From the NCBI RefSeq assembly GCF_009914755.1, contig NC_060928.1: a DNA stretch of 64,000 bases. One strand, given 5' to 3'. A program made the position numbers and the translations under genes. The notes beneath the pieces were generated by a model, which had not been told where the DNA came from, did no database searches, and was given only the letters and a program-made list of their open reading frames with translations. The stretch comes from the human T2T-CHM13v2.0 reference genome, Homo sapiens. Below, piece by piece: positions 33,250-45,900 of this stretch. Within the stretch, counting starts at the first letter, position 1, and every line of letters begins with the position of its first letter.

Positions 33250-34535
33250 CTTTTAACTTTTATTTTATGGTCAGAGGTACATGTCCAGGTTTGTAATATA
33301 GGTAAACTGTGTATCATGGGGGTTTGATGTATAGATTATTTCATCACCCAGGTAATATGAATAAAACCGGATAGGTAGTTTTTTTATCCTCTCCCTCCTA
33401 GCCCATGTAGGCCCTGTTTTTTGGTGTTTCCCTCTTGTTTCTTAGCTCACATTTATAAGTGAGAACATGTGGTATTCGGTTTTCCGTTCACACGTTAGTT
33501 TGCTTAGGATAATGATCTCCGACTCCATCTATGTTCCTACAAAGGACATGATCTCATTCATTTCTATGGCTGTATAGTATTCCATGGTGTATACATACCA
33601 CATTTTCTTTATTCAGTCTATCATTGATGGGAATTTGGGTTGATTCCATGTCTTTGCTATTGTGAATAGTGCTGCAATAAATATATGCATGCTCGTGTCT
33701 TTATGGTAGAATGATTTATATTCCTTTGGGTATATATCCAATAATGAGATTGCTAGGTCAAATGGTATTTGGTTTTAAGTTATTTGATGAATTGCCACCT
33801 GCTTTCCATTATGGCTAAACTAATTTACATTCCCACAAGTAGTGTATAAGCATTCCCTTTTCTCTGCAACCTTGCCAGCATCTGTTATTTTTTGACTTTT
33901 TAATAATAGACATTCCGATTGATGTGAGATGGTATCTTATGGCGGTTTTGATTTGCATTTCTTCAATGATTAGTGATTTTGAACATTTTTTGTGCTTGTT
34001 GGCAATATATAATTCTTCTTTTGAAAAGTGTCTGTTCATGTCCTTTGCTCACTTTTTAACGGGGTTGTTTTTTGCTTGTAGGTTTGTGTATAGATCCTGG
34101 ATATTGGACTTTGTTGGATGCATAGTTTGCAAATGTTTTCTCCCATTCTGTAGGTTGTCTATTTACTCTGTTGATAGTTTCTTTCTCTGTGCAGAAGTTC
34201 TGTAACTTAATTAGATTCCATTTGTCAATTTTTGGTTTGGGTGCAATTGCTTTTGCTGTCTTTGTCATGAAATCTTTGCTAGGTCTTACATCCAGAATTG
34301 CATTTCCTAGGTTTTCTTCCTAGGCTGTTACAGTTTTAGGTTTTCAATTTAATTCTTTAATCCATCTTTAGTTAATTATTGTATACGTTGTAAGGAAGGA
34401 GTCCAGTTTCAATCTTCTGCATATAGCCAGCCCGTTATCCAATTACTGTTTATGGAATAGGGAGTCCTTTCCCCATTGCTCGTTTTTGTTGACTTTATCT
34501 AAGATTGGATGGTTGTGGGTGTGTGACATTATTTC
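33250..34535 (-). mobile_element. L1PA15/16-like LINE-1 3' fragment
   Basis: 3'UTR ggtaaactgtgtatcatgggggtttgatgtatagattatttcatcacccagg; ORF2 C-terminal peptides MNRHFSKEE.. and [10 protein letters not shown].. Confidence 0.88.
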
Positions 34536-34550
34536 ATTTTATTTAAAAAA

Positions 34551-34912
<362 letters not shown>

Positions 34913-35351
34913 TTAATAAACTTTGAAAATAATTATCAGTGTTGAAATTAGTTTAGCTCAAAATATTTAGTTTTTTAATTATTAAGATTTAAGGAGATAA
35001 TTAAGTAGTTTTTTTAATTATTAAGATTATCTCCCAATAGCTAATATGCACAAAATCTGTGCTCCAAAAAAATCCCTCCCTCAAATAACCATTTTTATCC
35101 CAAATGACTTTTAATGCTATTCACTTATACTTAAAAAAAATGATTATAATTACATGAGTCAGCACAAATATGTAATACTGTTTTGATTAAAATATAGTTA
35201 TGAATCTCCATGTTAATACCATTGTAACTCTTCTCAGTCTTTGCTGCTCCATTGCTTAAGATATAGATACTTTTGTCTTAGTCTCAATGTATACTGTTGG
35301 AAAAAAACAGTTTTTCTAACTTTTCTATATTCTAAAATTCATTTTTTATCT

Positions 35352-35790
35352 TGTTATGGGCTAAATTATGTATCCCCACAATTCCACTGTTGATCGAAGC
35401 CCAGGCCCCCAATACCTCAGACCTAATCTTGGCACCTCGGACCTAATCTTGGCACCTCAGAATGTAACTACATTTGGAAAAAAGTCTTTTAAAAAGTGAT
35501 TAAGTGAAAAGAGGCTTTAAGAGTGTGTCTTAATCTAATATAACTGGTATCCTTACAAGAAGAAGAAATTGGTAACACAAAGAAACACCAGATACATGTG
35601 CAAACAGAGGAAGATCATGTGAAGAAGTAAGAAGGCAAAAGGCAAACAGTGAGATCTGAGAGAATACCAATCCTGCTGTCACGCTGATCTCAGGCTTCCA
35701 GCCTCCAGAGCTGTGAGAAAATATATCTCTGCTGTTTTCAGTCACTCAGTCTGTGGTATTTTCTTATAGGAAGCCTAGCAAATGAATACA
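35352..35790 (+). mobile_element. MLT1B MaLR solo LTR
   Basis: tgttatgggctaaatt...acctcagaatgtaac...ttccagcctccagagctgtgagaaaat...gcctagcaaatgaataca. Confidence 0.85.
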
Positions 35791-36009
35791 GATCCTAAAT
35801 TATCTGTTCTAGTATTTACTAAATAATGTGAAGAAAATGTACACAAATTTGTCTGACTTGCATAAAAGGACTGATGTGAACATTTATGAGATGCTGATTG
35901 TAAAAAAAAATGAAATTCATAAATATTTAAATCATGTTAGCAAGTATTATTTATCTTTTTAAATATTTAGTTTTTATGGAACATCATATAGTTTTCACAG
36001 TAAGAAGGC

Positions 36010-36462
36010 TTGGTAAATTAGACCATTTTTCAAAGATGTTCATTGCCCTTTTTCTCTCTATAGAAGTGTGGTAGTGCCCTGCCCACTTATATTGAGTTGA
36101 GCTACATGGCTTATTTTAGCCAGTTGAATATAAAGAGATGTCATGTAACCAAAGGCTTGAGTGGTGTTTGTGAACTGGGGTACTTGTGAGTCTCTCTTGG
36201 CCATAGGAAAAGTGACCTCTTCATCTTGGGTTCCAGAAAGTGCTAGCAGGGGACAAATCTGAGCCCCACTCACAGTATGGAGCTAAACCCAGCTGACCCC
36301 CAGCATGGAGCAGAGCTGCCCAGCTGAATCCAGCCAAGATCAACTGTTGCACAACTGAACTTAAGAGGCAAAAAAGAGAACAAATGACAGCTATTATTTT
36401 AAGTTATTCAATTTTGAGGGTTAGACCATGAAGCACTGCTGACACCATGATAGATTGATACA
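36010..36462 (+). mobile_element. MLT1G/H-like MaLR LTR
   Basis: catggagcagagctgcccagctgaatccagcc...tattattttaagttattcaattttgagggg...gattgataca. Confidence 0.6.
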
Positions 36463-36624
36463 GAAAACACGGCTGCAATCAATAAAATAAAAAAGGTTAA
36501 TTACAATCTAGGTGGAACATTTTAGTAATTTCCAACTGAGTATTTAGGAAATCAATATTCTTGTTGAAAATTTAATTCAGAATATTCACATATTTTCATT
36601 GCCATAAATAACAGAAACTAATGC

Positions 36625-36832
36625 TAAAATCTAATATTTCTTAAGTATTTATTGTGTGCCAGTAAGCTCTGATCATTTTATTTACTCTCATCAGTAACCT
36701 CAATGTTAAGTATGATGACTACTACATTTTACAGATGCTCAGTGATTTTGACAGGGTCACAAAGCTAATGTGCTGTGAAGTTAGAATTTAAACCTAGGAT
36801 ATGTTTTTCCACTGTCTGTGCTCTTAACCCAA
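36625..36832 (-). mobile_element. MIR SINE
   Basis: attttacagatg...agggtcacaaagctaa...agaatttaaacctagg...tgtgctcttaacc. Confidence 0.65.
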
Positions 36833-38288
36833 ATGGCACATGCAAACATCACAGATTATATGTAAATTGAAGATAATATTATAAATTTAATTCCTGACAT
36901 AATACATATTTTGTATATAATATATTACACACTGCACATACTAAAGTGTATGCTTTAATTATATATTATACTACATAAAATAATATTTCCTGGAGATCTG
37001 ACAAGATGGCTGACTAGGAAGAGCTCCTGTCTGCAGCTCCCAAAGAGACCAATGCAGAAGGTGGGTGATTTCTGCATTTCCAACTGAGGTACCCAGTTCA
37101 TCTCACTGGGACTGGTTAGGCAGGGGATGCAGAACACAGAGGGGGCGTCACCTCACCTGGGAAGTGCAAGGAGCTGGGAGACCTCCCTCCTGAATCAAGG
37201 GAAGCCATGAGGGACTGTGCTACCCTGCCCTGATACTATGCTTTTCCCACTGTTTTTGCAATCTGCAAGTCAGGAGATTACCTCATGTGCCTACACCACG
37301 AGGGCCCTGGGTTTCAAGCACAAAACTGGGTGGCTGTTTAGGCAGACATTGAGCTAGCTGCAGGAGTATTTTTTGTACCATAGTAGTGCCTGGAACCCCA
37401 GTGAGACAGAAAAGTTCACTCCCCTGGAAAAGGGGCTGAAGCCAAGGAGCCAAGTGGTCTCATTCAGGGGTTCCCATTCCCACGGAGCCCAGCAAGCTAA
37501 AAACCACTGGTTTGAAATTCTCACTGCCAGCATAGCAGTCTGAAGTCAACCTGGGACACTCGAGCTTGGTGGGGAAGGGGTGTCCACCATTACTGAGGCT
37601 TGAACAGGAGGTTTTCCCCTGACAGTGTTAAGGAGGTGGGAGGTGTGAAATGGTGGGAGTTCACCACAGTGTGGCAAAGCAGCTGTGGCCAGACTGCTTC
37701 TCTAGATTCCTCCTCATTGGGCAGAGCATTGCTGAAGAAAAGGCAGCAGCCTCAGGGGCTTACAGGTAAAACTCTCCCTGGGAAAGAGCACCTGAGGGAA
37801 GGGGTGGCTGTGGGCACTGCTTCAGCAAACTTAAAATTTCCTGCCTGCCAGCTCTGAAGAGGGCAGCTGACCCTGATAAGGAGTATTCTCCCAGCACAGT
37901 GCTCGAGCTCTACTAAGGGGCAGATTGCCTCCTCAAGTGGGTCCCTGACCCCCATGCTCCCTGACTGGGAGAGACCTCCCAACAGGGGTCAAAGACACCT
38001 CATACAAGAGAGCTCTGGCTGGCATCAGGCCAGTGCCCCACTGGATGAAGCTTTCTGAGGAAGGAGCAGCCAGCAATCTGTCGTTCTGCAGCCTCCACTG
38101 GGGATATCCAGACAAACAGGGTCTGGAGTGGACCTCCAGTAAACTGCAGCAGACCTGCAGAAGAGGGGCCTGAGTGTTAGAAGAAAAACTAACAAACAGA
38201 AAGCAACATCAATATCATCAAAAAGAACCCCCATACAAAAAACCCATCCAAAAGTTATCAGCCTCAGAGATCAAAGGCAGATAAATCC

Positions 38289-39310
38289 ATGAAAATGAGG
38301 AAAAACCAGCACAAAAATACTGAAAATTCCAAAAGCCATAATGCCTCTTCTCCTCCAAATGATCGCAACTCCTCTCCAGCAAGGGCACAAAACTGGATAG
38401 AGAATGAGATTGAGGAATTGACAAAAGTAGGCTTCAGAAGGTGGGTAATAAAAAACTCCTCTGAGCTAAAGAAGCATGTTCTAACCCAATGCAAGTGAGC
38501 TAAGAACCTTGATAAAAGGTTACAGGAAATGCTAACTAGGATAACCAGTTTAGAGAGGAACATGAATGACTTGATGGGGCTAAAAAACACAGCACAAGAG
38601 CTTCGTGAAGCATATGCAAGTATAGATAACCAAGTCAATTAAGTGGAAGAAAGGATATAAGAGATTGAAGATCAACTTACTGAGATAAGACAAGATTAGA
38701 GACAAATAATGAAAAGGAATGAACAAAGCCTTCAAGAAATATGGGACTATGTGAAAAGACCAAACCTATGTTTGATTGGCATACCTGAAAGTGATGGGGA
38801 GAATGGAACCAAGTTGGAAAACACTCTTCAGGATATTATCCAGGAGAACTTCCCCAACCTAGCAAGGCAGAATAACATTCAAATTCAGGAAATACAGAGA
38901 ACACCACTAAGATACTCCTCAAGAAGAGAAACCCCAAGACACAGAATCGTCATATTCTCCAAGGTTGAAACAAAGGAAAAAATGTTAAGAACAGCCAGAG
39001 AGAAAGGTTAGGTTACATACAAAGGGAAGCCCATCAGACTAACAGTGGATCTCTCTGCAGATACCCTACCAGCCAGAAGAACGTGGGGGCCAATATTCAA
39101 CATTCTTAAAGAAAAGAATTTTCAACCCAGAATTTCATATTCAGCCAAACTAAGTTTCATAAGTGAAGGAGAAATAAAATCCTTTCCAGACAAGCAAATG
39201 CTGAGGGATTTTGTCACCACCAAGCCTACCTTACAAGAGCGCCAGTAGGAATCATTAATTAAGGAAAGGAAAAACTGGTACCAGCCACTGCAAAAACACA
39301 CCAAAATATA
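38289..39310 (+). pseudogene. Disrupted L1 ORF1p
   Basis: MRKNQHKNTENSK... and KRNEQSLQEIWDYVKRPNL...; multiple stops. Confidence 0.9.
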
Positions 39311-39371
39311 AAGACCAATGACACTGTGAGGAAACTGCATAAACTGTGCAAGACAACCAGCTAGCATCATG

Positions 39372-42300
39372 ATGACAGGATCAAATTCACAAATAACAAT
39401 ATTAACCTTAAATGTAAATGGGCTAAATTCCCCAATTGAAAGACAGACTGGCAAACTGAATAAAGACTCAAGACCCACTGGTGTGCTGTATTCAGGAGAC
39501 CCATCCTCCATGCAAAGACACACAGAGGCTCAAAATAAAGAGATTGAAGAGATTTACCAAGCAAATGGAAAGCAGAAAAAAATCAGGGGTTGCAATCTTA
39601 ATCTCTGATAAAACGGACTTTAAACCAACAAAGATTAAAAGAGACAAAGGGCATTACATACTGGTAAAGGGATCAATGCAAAAAGAAGAGCTAACTATCC
39701 TAAATATATATACACCCAACACAGGAAAACCCAGGTTCATAAAACAAGTTGTTAGAGACCTACAAAGAGACTTAGACTCCACACAATAATAATGGGAGAG
39801 TTTAAACCCCCCATTGTTAATACTAGACAGATCAAGGAAACAGAAAATTAACAGACAGATTCAGGACTTGAACTCAGCTCTAGACCAGGTGGGCTTAATA
39901 GATAACTACAAAACTCTCCACCCCAAATCAACAGAATATACATTCTTCTCAGCACCACATAGCACTTATTCTAAAATCGACCACGTAATTGGAAGTAAAA
40001 CACTGCTCAGTAAATGGAAAAAAAAAAAAACAAACAAACAAACAAAAAACACAAATTATAAAAAGCAGTCTCTCAGACCACAGTGCAATCAAATTAAAGC
40101 TCAGGTTTAAGAAACTCACTCAAAGCCACACAACACATGGAAATTAAACAACCTGCTCTTGAATGACTACTGAGTAAATAACAAAATTAATGCAGAGCTA
40201 AAGAAATTCTTTGAAACCAATGAGAAGAAAGTGACAACGTACCAGAATCTCTGGGACACAGCTAAAACAATGTTAAGAGTGAAATTTATAGTACTAAATG
40301 CCCACATTAGGAAGCTGGAAAGATCTCAACCTAATTCCCGAACATCACAATTAAAAGACCTAGAGAAGCAAGAGCAGACAAATTCAAATGCTAGCAGAAG
40401 ACAAGAAATAATTAAGATCAGAGCCGACTGAAGGAGATAGAGACACAAAAAACCCTTCAATAAATCATTGGATTCAGGAGCTGATTTTTTGGAAAGATTA
40501 GCAAAATAGATACACTGCTAAGCTAGACCAATAAAGAAGAAAAGAGAGAAGAATCAAATAGACACAATAAAAAATAATAAAAGGGAGATCACCACTGATA
40601 CCACAGAAATACAAACTACCATCAGAGAATACTATAAAAACCTTTATGAAAATAAACTAGAAAATCTTGAAGAAATAAATAAATTTCTGGACACATACAG
40701 CCTCCCCACATTAAACAAGGAAGAAGTCGAATCCCTGACTAGACCTTCAATAACAAGTTCTGAAATTGAGGCAGTAATTAACAGCCTACCAACCAAAAAA
40801 AGCCCAGCACCAGATGGACTGACAGCCAACATCTACCAGAGGTACAAAGAGGAGCTACTACCATTCCTTCTAAAGCTATTCCAAGCAAAAGAAAAAGGGA
40901 GACTCCTCCCTATCTAATTTTATGAGGTCAGCATCATCCTGATACCTGGCAGAGACACAAGAAAAAAAGAAATTTTCAGACCAATATCCCCAATGAACAT
41001 CAATGCAAAAATCCTCAATAAAATACTGGCAAACTGAATCCAGCAGCACATCAAAAACTTATCCACCATGATCAAGTTGGCTTCCTCCCTGGGACGCAAG
41101 GCTGGTTCAACATATGCAAGTCAATAAATGTAATCCATCACATAAACAGAGCCAATGACAAATCCACATGATTATCTCAATAGATGCAGAAAAGGTCTAA
41201 AATATAATTCAATGTATCTTCATGCTAAAAACTCTCAATAAACTAGGTATTGATGGAACATACATCAAAATAATCAGAGCTATTTATGACAAACCCATTG
41301 CCCATATCATACCGAATGGGCAAAAGCTGAAAGCAGTCCCTTTGAAAACCAACACAAGACAAGGATGCCCTCTCTCACCACTCCTATTCAACATAGTATT
41401 GGAAGTTCTGGCCAGGACAGTCAGGCGAGAGAAAGAAATAAAGCATATACAAATAGAAAGATAGGAAGTCATATTGTCTCTGTTTGCAGATGACATGATT
41501 GTATATTGAGAAAACCCCATAGTCTCAGCCCAAACACTCCTTAAGCTGATAAGCAACTTCAACAAAGTCTCAAGATACAAAATCAACGTGCAAAAATCAC
41601 AAGCATTCATATACACCAGTAATAGATAAGCAGAGAGCCAAATCATGAGTGAACTCCTATTCACGATTGCTACAAAGAAAATAAAATACAGCTTACCAGG
41701 GATGTGAAGGTCCTCTTCAAGGAGAACTACAAACCACTGCTCAAGGAAATAAAAAAGGACACAAACAAATGGAAAAGAAAAATTTCATGCTCATGGATAG
41801 GAAGAATCAATATCATAAAAATGGCCATACTGCCCAAAATAATTTATAGATTCAATGCTATTACCATCAAGCTATCATTGACTTTCTTCATATAATTAGA
41901 AAAAACTACTTGAAATTTCATATGGAACTACAAAAGATCCTATATAGCCAAGACAATCCTAAGCAAAAAGAACAAAGCTGGAGTCATCACGCTACCTGAC
42001 TTCAAACTATACTACAAGGCTACAGTAAAAATAACAGCATGGTACTTGTACCAAGCTGATACACAGACCAATGGAAGAGAACAGAGGCCTCAGAAATAAC
42101 ACCACATGAATAAAACACCAAAGACAATTGCAACAAAAGCCCAAATTGACAAATGGGATCTAATTAAACTAAAGAGCTTCTGCACAGCAAAAGAAACTAT
42201 CATCACAGTGAGCAGGCAACCCACAGAATGGGAGAATATTTTTGCAATCTATCCTTCTGACAAAGGTCTAATATCCAGAATCTACAAGCAACTTAAACAT

Positions 42301-42954
42301 ATTTACAAGAAAAAAACAAACAACCCCATCAAAAAGTGGGCAAAGGATATGAACAGACATGTCTCACTTCTCAAAAGAAGACATTTATGCAACCAACAAC
42401 CATATGAAAAAAAGCTCATCATCACTTGTCATTAGAGAAATGCAAATCAAAACCACAATAAGATACCATCTCACACCAGTTAGAATGAAGATCATTAAAC
42501 AGTCAGGAAACGGATGCTGGAGAGAATGTGGAGAAATAGGAACACTTTTACACTTTGGTGGGAGTGTAAATTAGTTCAACCATTGTGGAAGACAGTGTGG
42601 GGATTCCTCAAGGATCTAGAACCAGAAATACCATTTGACTTAGCAATCCCATTACTGTATATATACCCAAAGGATTATAAATCATTACAGTATAAAGACA
42701 CACGCACACGTATGTTTATTGCAGCACTATTTACAATAACAAAGACCTGGAAGCAACCCAAATGCCCATCAATGATAGACTGGATAGAGAAAATGTGGCA
42801 CATATACACCATGGAATTCTACGCAGCCATAAAAAAGAATGAGTTCATGTCCTATGCAGGGACATGGATGAAGCTGAAAGCCATCATTCTCAGCAAACTA
42901 ACACAGGAACAGGAAACCAATCACTGCATGTTCTCACTCATAAGTGGGAGTTGA
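39372..42954 (+). pseudogene. Disrupted L1 ORF2p
   Basis: MTGSNSQITILTLNVNGLN start through FSLISGS end; many stops and frameshifts plus a ~254-bp deletion at about 42106. Confidence 0.92.
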
Positions 42955-45900
42955 ATAATGAGAACACATGGACACAGGGAGGGGAACATCACACACCGGG
43001 GCCTTCTGGGGTGTTGGGGAGCAAAGGGAGTGAGAGCATGAGGAGAAATACCTAATGCATGTGGGACTTAAAACCTAAATGATAGGTTGATAGGTGCAAC
43101 AATCCACCATTGCACATGTATACCTATGTAACAAACCTGCACATACTCCACATGTATCCCAGAACTTAAAGTAAAAAAATTAATAATAATACTTCCTATT
43201 TTAAAAATTATCTCTTACTTTATGCCTAAGTAGGATAAATATTCATAATTTTACTCTCAGATTATTATTTAACATGTTTTCTTGCACTTCGACATAATTG
43301 CAACCAGAACTGATGAGGAATTGCCAGGCTAAACTGCTATTCTAAGGCCAATGGACTTGCCAGAGCTTTGCTTTAAAGCTAATGTCAAACTGATAAAAGC
43401 TGATTGAGTGAAAATATTACCTTTCTATAACTTTCTCCATACTCACAGGCAGCCTGTTGAAGAGTTGTCACTGGACAAAGAAAGATATGCAGCATTTGTG
43501 TTAATGGGAATTGTCAGAATGTTGAAGAAGATTTCGGATGAACTGGATTATCGAAGAGCTTTCCATGAAATTTGAGAAGGTCATTGGAACTATGTCTAAA
43601 ACAACGCAGACTCCTTTAGATTATTGGAAGGCTTTCTGGGAAGTACTGAAGTACATTAGTCCTTTTGGTCTCTATCAATTGTCCCTAAATCCCATACCAC
43701 ATACGAAATGTCCAGGGCCAGCTAAACAAAGTACATAGTTTCTAAAGAAGTTTCAGGGAATATCATTACATAGACAGAGATACTAAAATATAAAAATTAA
43801 GAAGAGACTCTCATAGAAGATAGTAACCAGATATTAGCCAATCACGAGGTATGCCTGAAATCAAACTTGATGCTAAAAGTAGCTAAGCCAAGTTAATTAT
43901 TCTAACAGATCTGACCTGTACATTAAAAGTAAATAACTTTGTTTATTTTCATTGACCAATAGCGTTCAACAGAATCTGAAATCAAATAATGGTTTGGCCT
44001 GAATATTAAGGAAACATCTAGCTGAATGAGTCAAATGATTTTCATTTCCCTGTCATTTAACTTGCATTATAAAAACTCATGTTCTTCTCTCTGATATTGT
44101 TTAAAAGTATATACATATTTTTTTTCAGTTGAGCTTTTTCAACTAGAAGACATAATAGCCTCTCAGTAATAATTGAGCATTTCCAGAAGTATTTAGATAA
44201 GCTAGATAATTTGGAGCTCTTTCTATACTTACAAAACAGGATCTAACACCTCTTTGAATTACATGATTTTAGCTATGGATACTTGAGTCCTAGTAAGATA
44301 CATTCTATACAAATATCGAGCCTAGCCATTTACTTTAATATTGGTCAGCTGGCTGTTTTCCCAGACCATTTAGAATTCTCATACTATTAACTTTAAATGA
44401 CTATTGATTTCAAACCTTTATAGACAAGATTTCTTTTCGACTCGGTTATTCTAAAGCAGTGTGAATACACATAGTAGGTATATAACCAAGGAACTGCTAA
44501 GGCTAAAAATAATATGCAACATTAAACAGGATTAATTGATATAAAAATTGAGAAGGTTCCATATTTGATTTTAATGGAGTTAATGTCCAATGCTTTATAT
44601 ACTTTTATAATTGTAGCAGTTATTACCACATTATTGAACAATCTATTATTTTTTCATTTATCTCTTGTGAAAAAATTATATATTTAACTACTTGACACTA
44701 TAGCATTTAAGATTATGTGAGTAAAAAATAAACATCATACATTATTTTTTCATATCTATAATAATTAGTATACCTCTCAGGTACTTGAAATGCCTCCAAA
44801 ATATATAGCATATCATTATAGTCAGCAATAGTTACAACGTATCTAAAAGGTGCATTTTCTGCTGATCATTTGACATTCTCTCAACTGGCAGAAACTCTGC
44901 CTCTGTGGATCTTGAGTCAACAGCTATGGATGCATGTCACAGAGTTCAACAGGCCACTCTTCTTTTCAGAAGAACTCCAGCTCATTCTTGCATATTCATA
45001 GGCTGTGATGTACTTCTCACTCTCTTTTCTATTCCTGGTCTCTGGGATTTTTTTTTTTAATGTATAAAAGGAACAGCATGACCCCATCTTAAAAAAATTA
45101 AAATATTCACTCATCTGTGGTTATTCCTGTAATATCACTAGTGTTGGTGAATAATTCAAATTAAATAGTTCTCTATATATTCAATTTTAAAAACACTTCA
45201 TTTACTTTCTTTCAATGGTTTCCTCCCGCACTGTTCTCACCCTGCGTTATTCATATGCAACCTCACAAATTGTTTTGAGTTCAAGCAGTGCTGATATAAA
45301 TCACAGGGCTATTTTCTCTGGAGAACTTCAGCCTTAAGCTCCACAACTTGTTTTAAAATGAAAACTATGCTCAATTAAGGTGATTTGTTTTCCTCAAAAA
45401 ATTAACTATCATATATTGCCATTTGCTACAAGAGAAGACTGAAGTTACATTGCATGCTGTTGAATGACTTTAGAAATAACTTACTTTCTATCTCATTCTT
45501 TCACTGTATCCTTGAATCTAGCTTTTTCCTGTGTATTTATCTGTGCCTAGGTTATATTCCTAAGGACAGAATTAGCTATTTCTTCCTTTCTCAAACTATT
45601 TGCATTTTGACTTTTGAATAGTTCCTTTGTAAACAAACTAAAGTCACATTGTTTTCACTGCTTTCCAGGCCCCTCACTGAAGGAGAGGACAAAGACAGTG
45701 AACAGGAAATGCAAGCCAACTGAGACATAAGTAAGAGTCAGTGTGGAATATGGCCATACAAGTAGCATTTGAGGAATAATGTCACTGCAAATGGGGAAAC
45801 TATTCCAGCCCTCTCCAAAAGGCAAAATCCATCAAAATCAATATTTGAGGAACTCTAGGATATAGTCATAAACTTACAACAATCAGGGAGAAAATTTGTG

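Larger units (their letters stand above)
36992..43184 (+). mobile_element. Full-length L1PA8-like LINE-1 (inactive)
   Basis: 5' caagatggctgactaggaa (YY1-site region), 5'UTR, ORF1 and ORF2 remnants, L1PA8-type 3'UTR; TSD aataata(t/c)ttcct at 36979-36991 and 43185-43197. Confidence 0.95.

Noticed and set aside
40017-40056. A-rich (CAAA)n expansion inside the L1PA8 ORF2
   Set aside because: Ordinary microsatellite birth in an A-rich L1 tract; no TSD to suggest a separate insertion.
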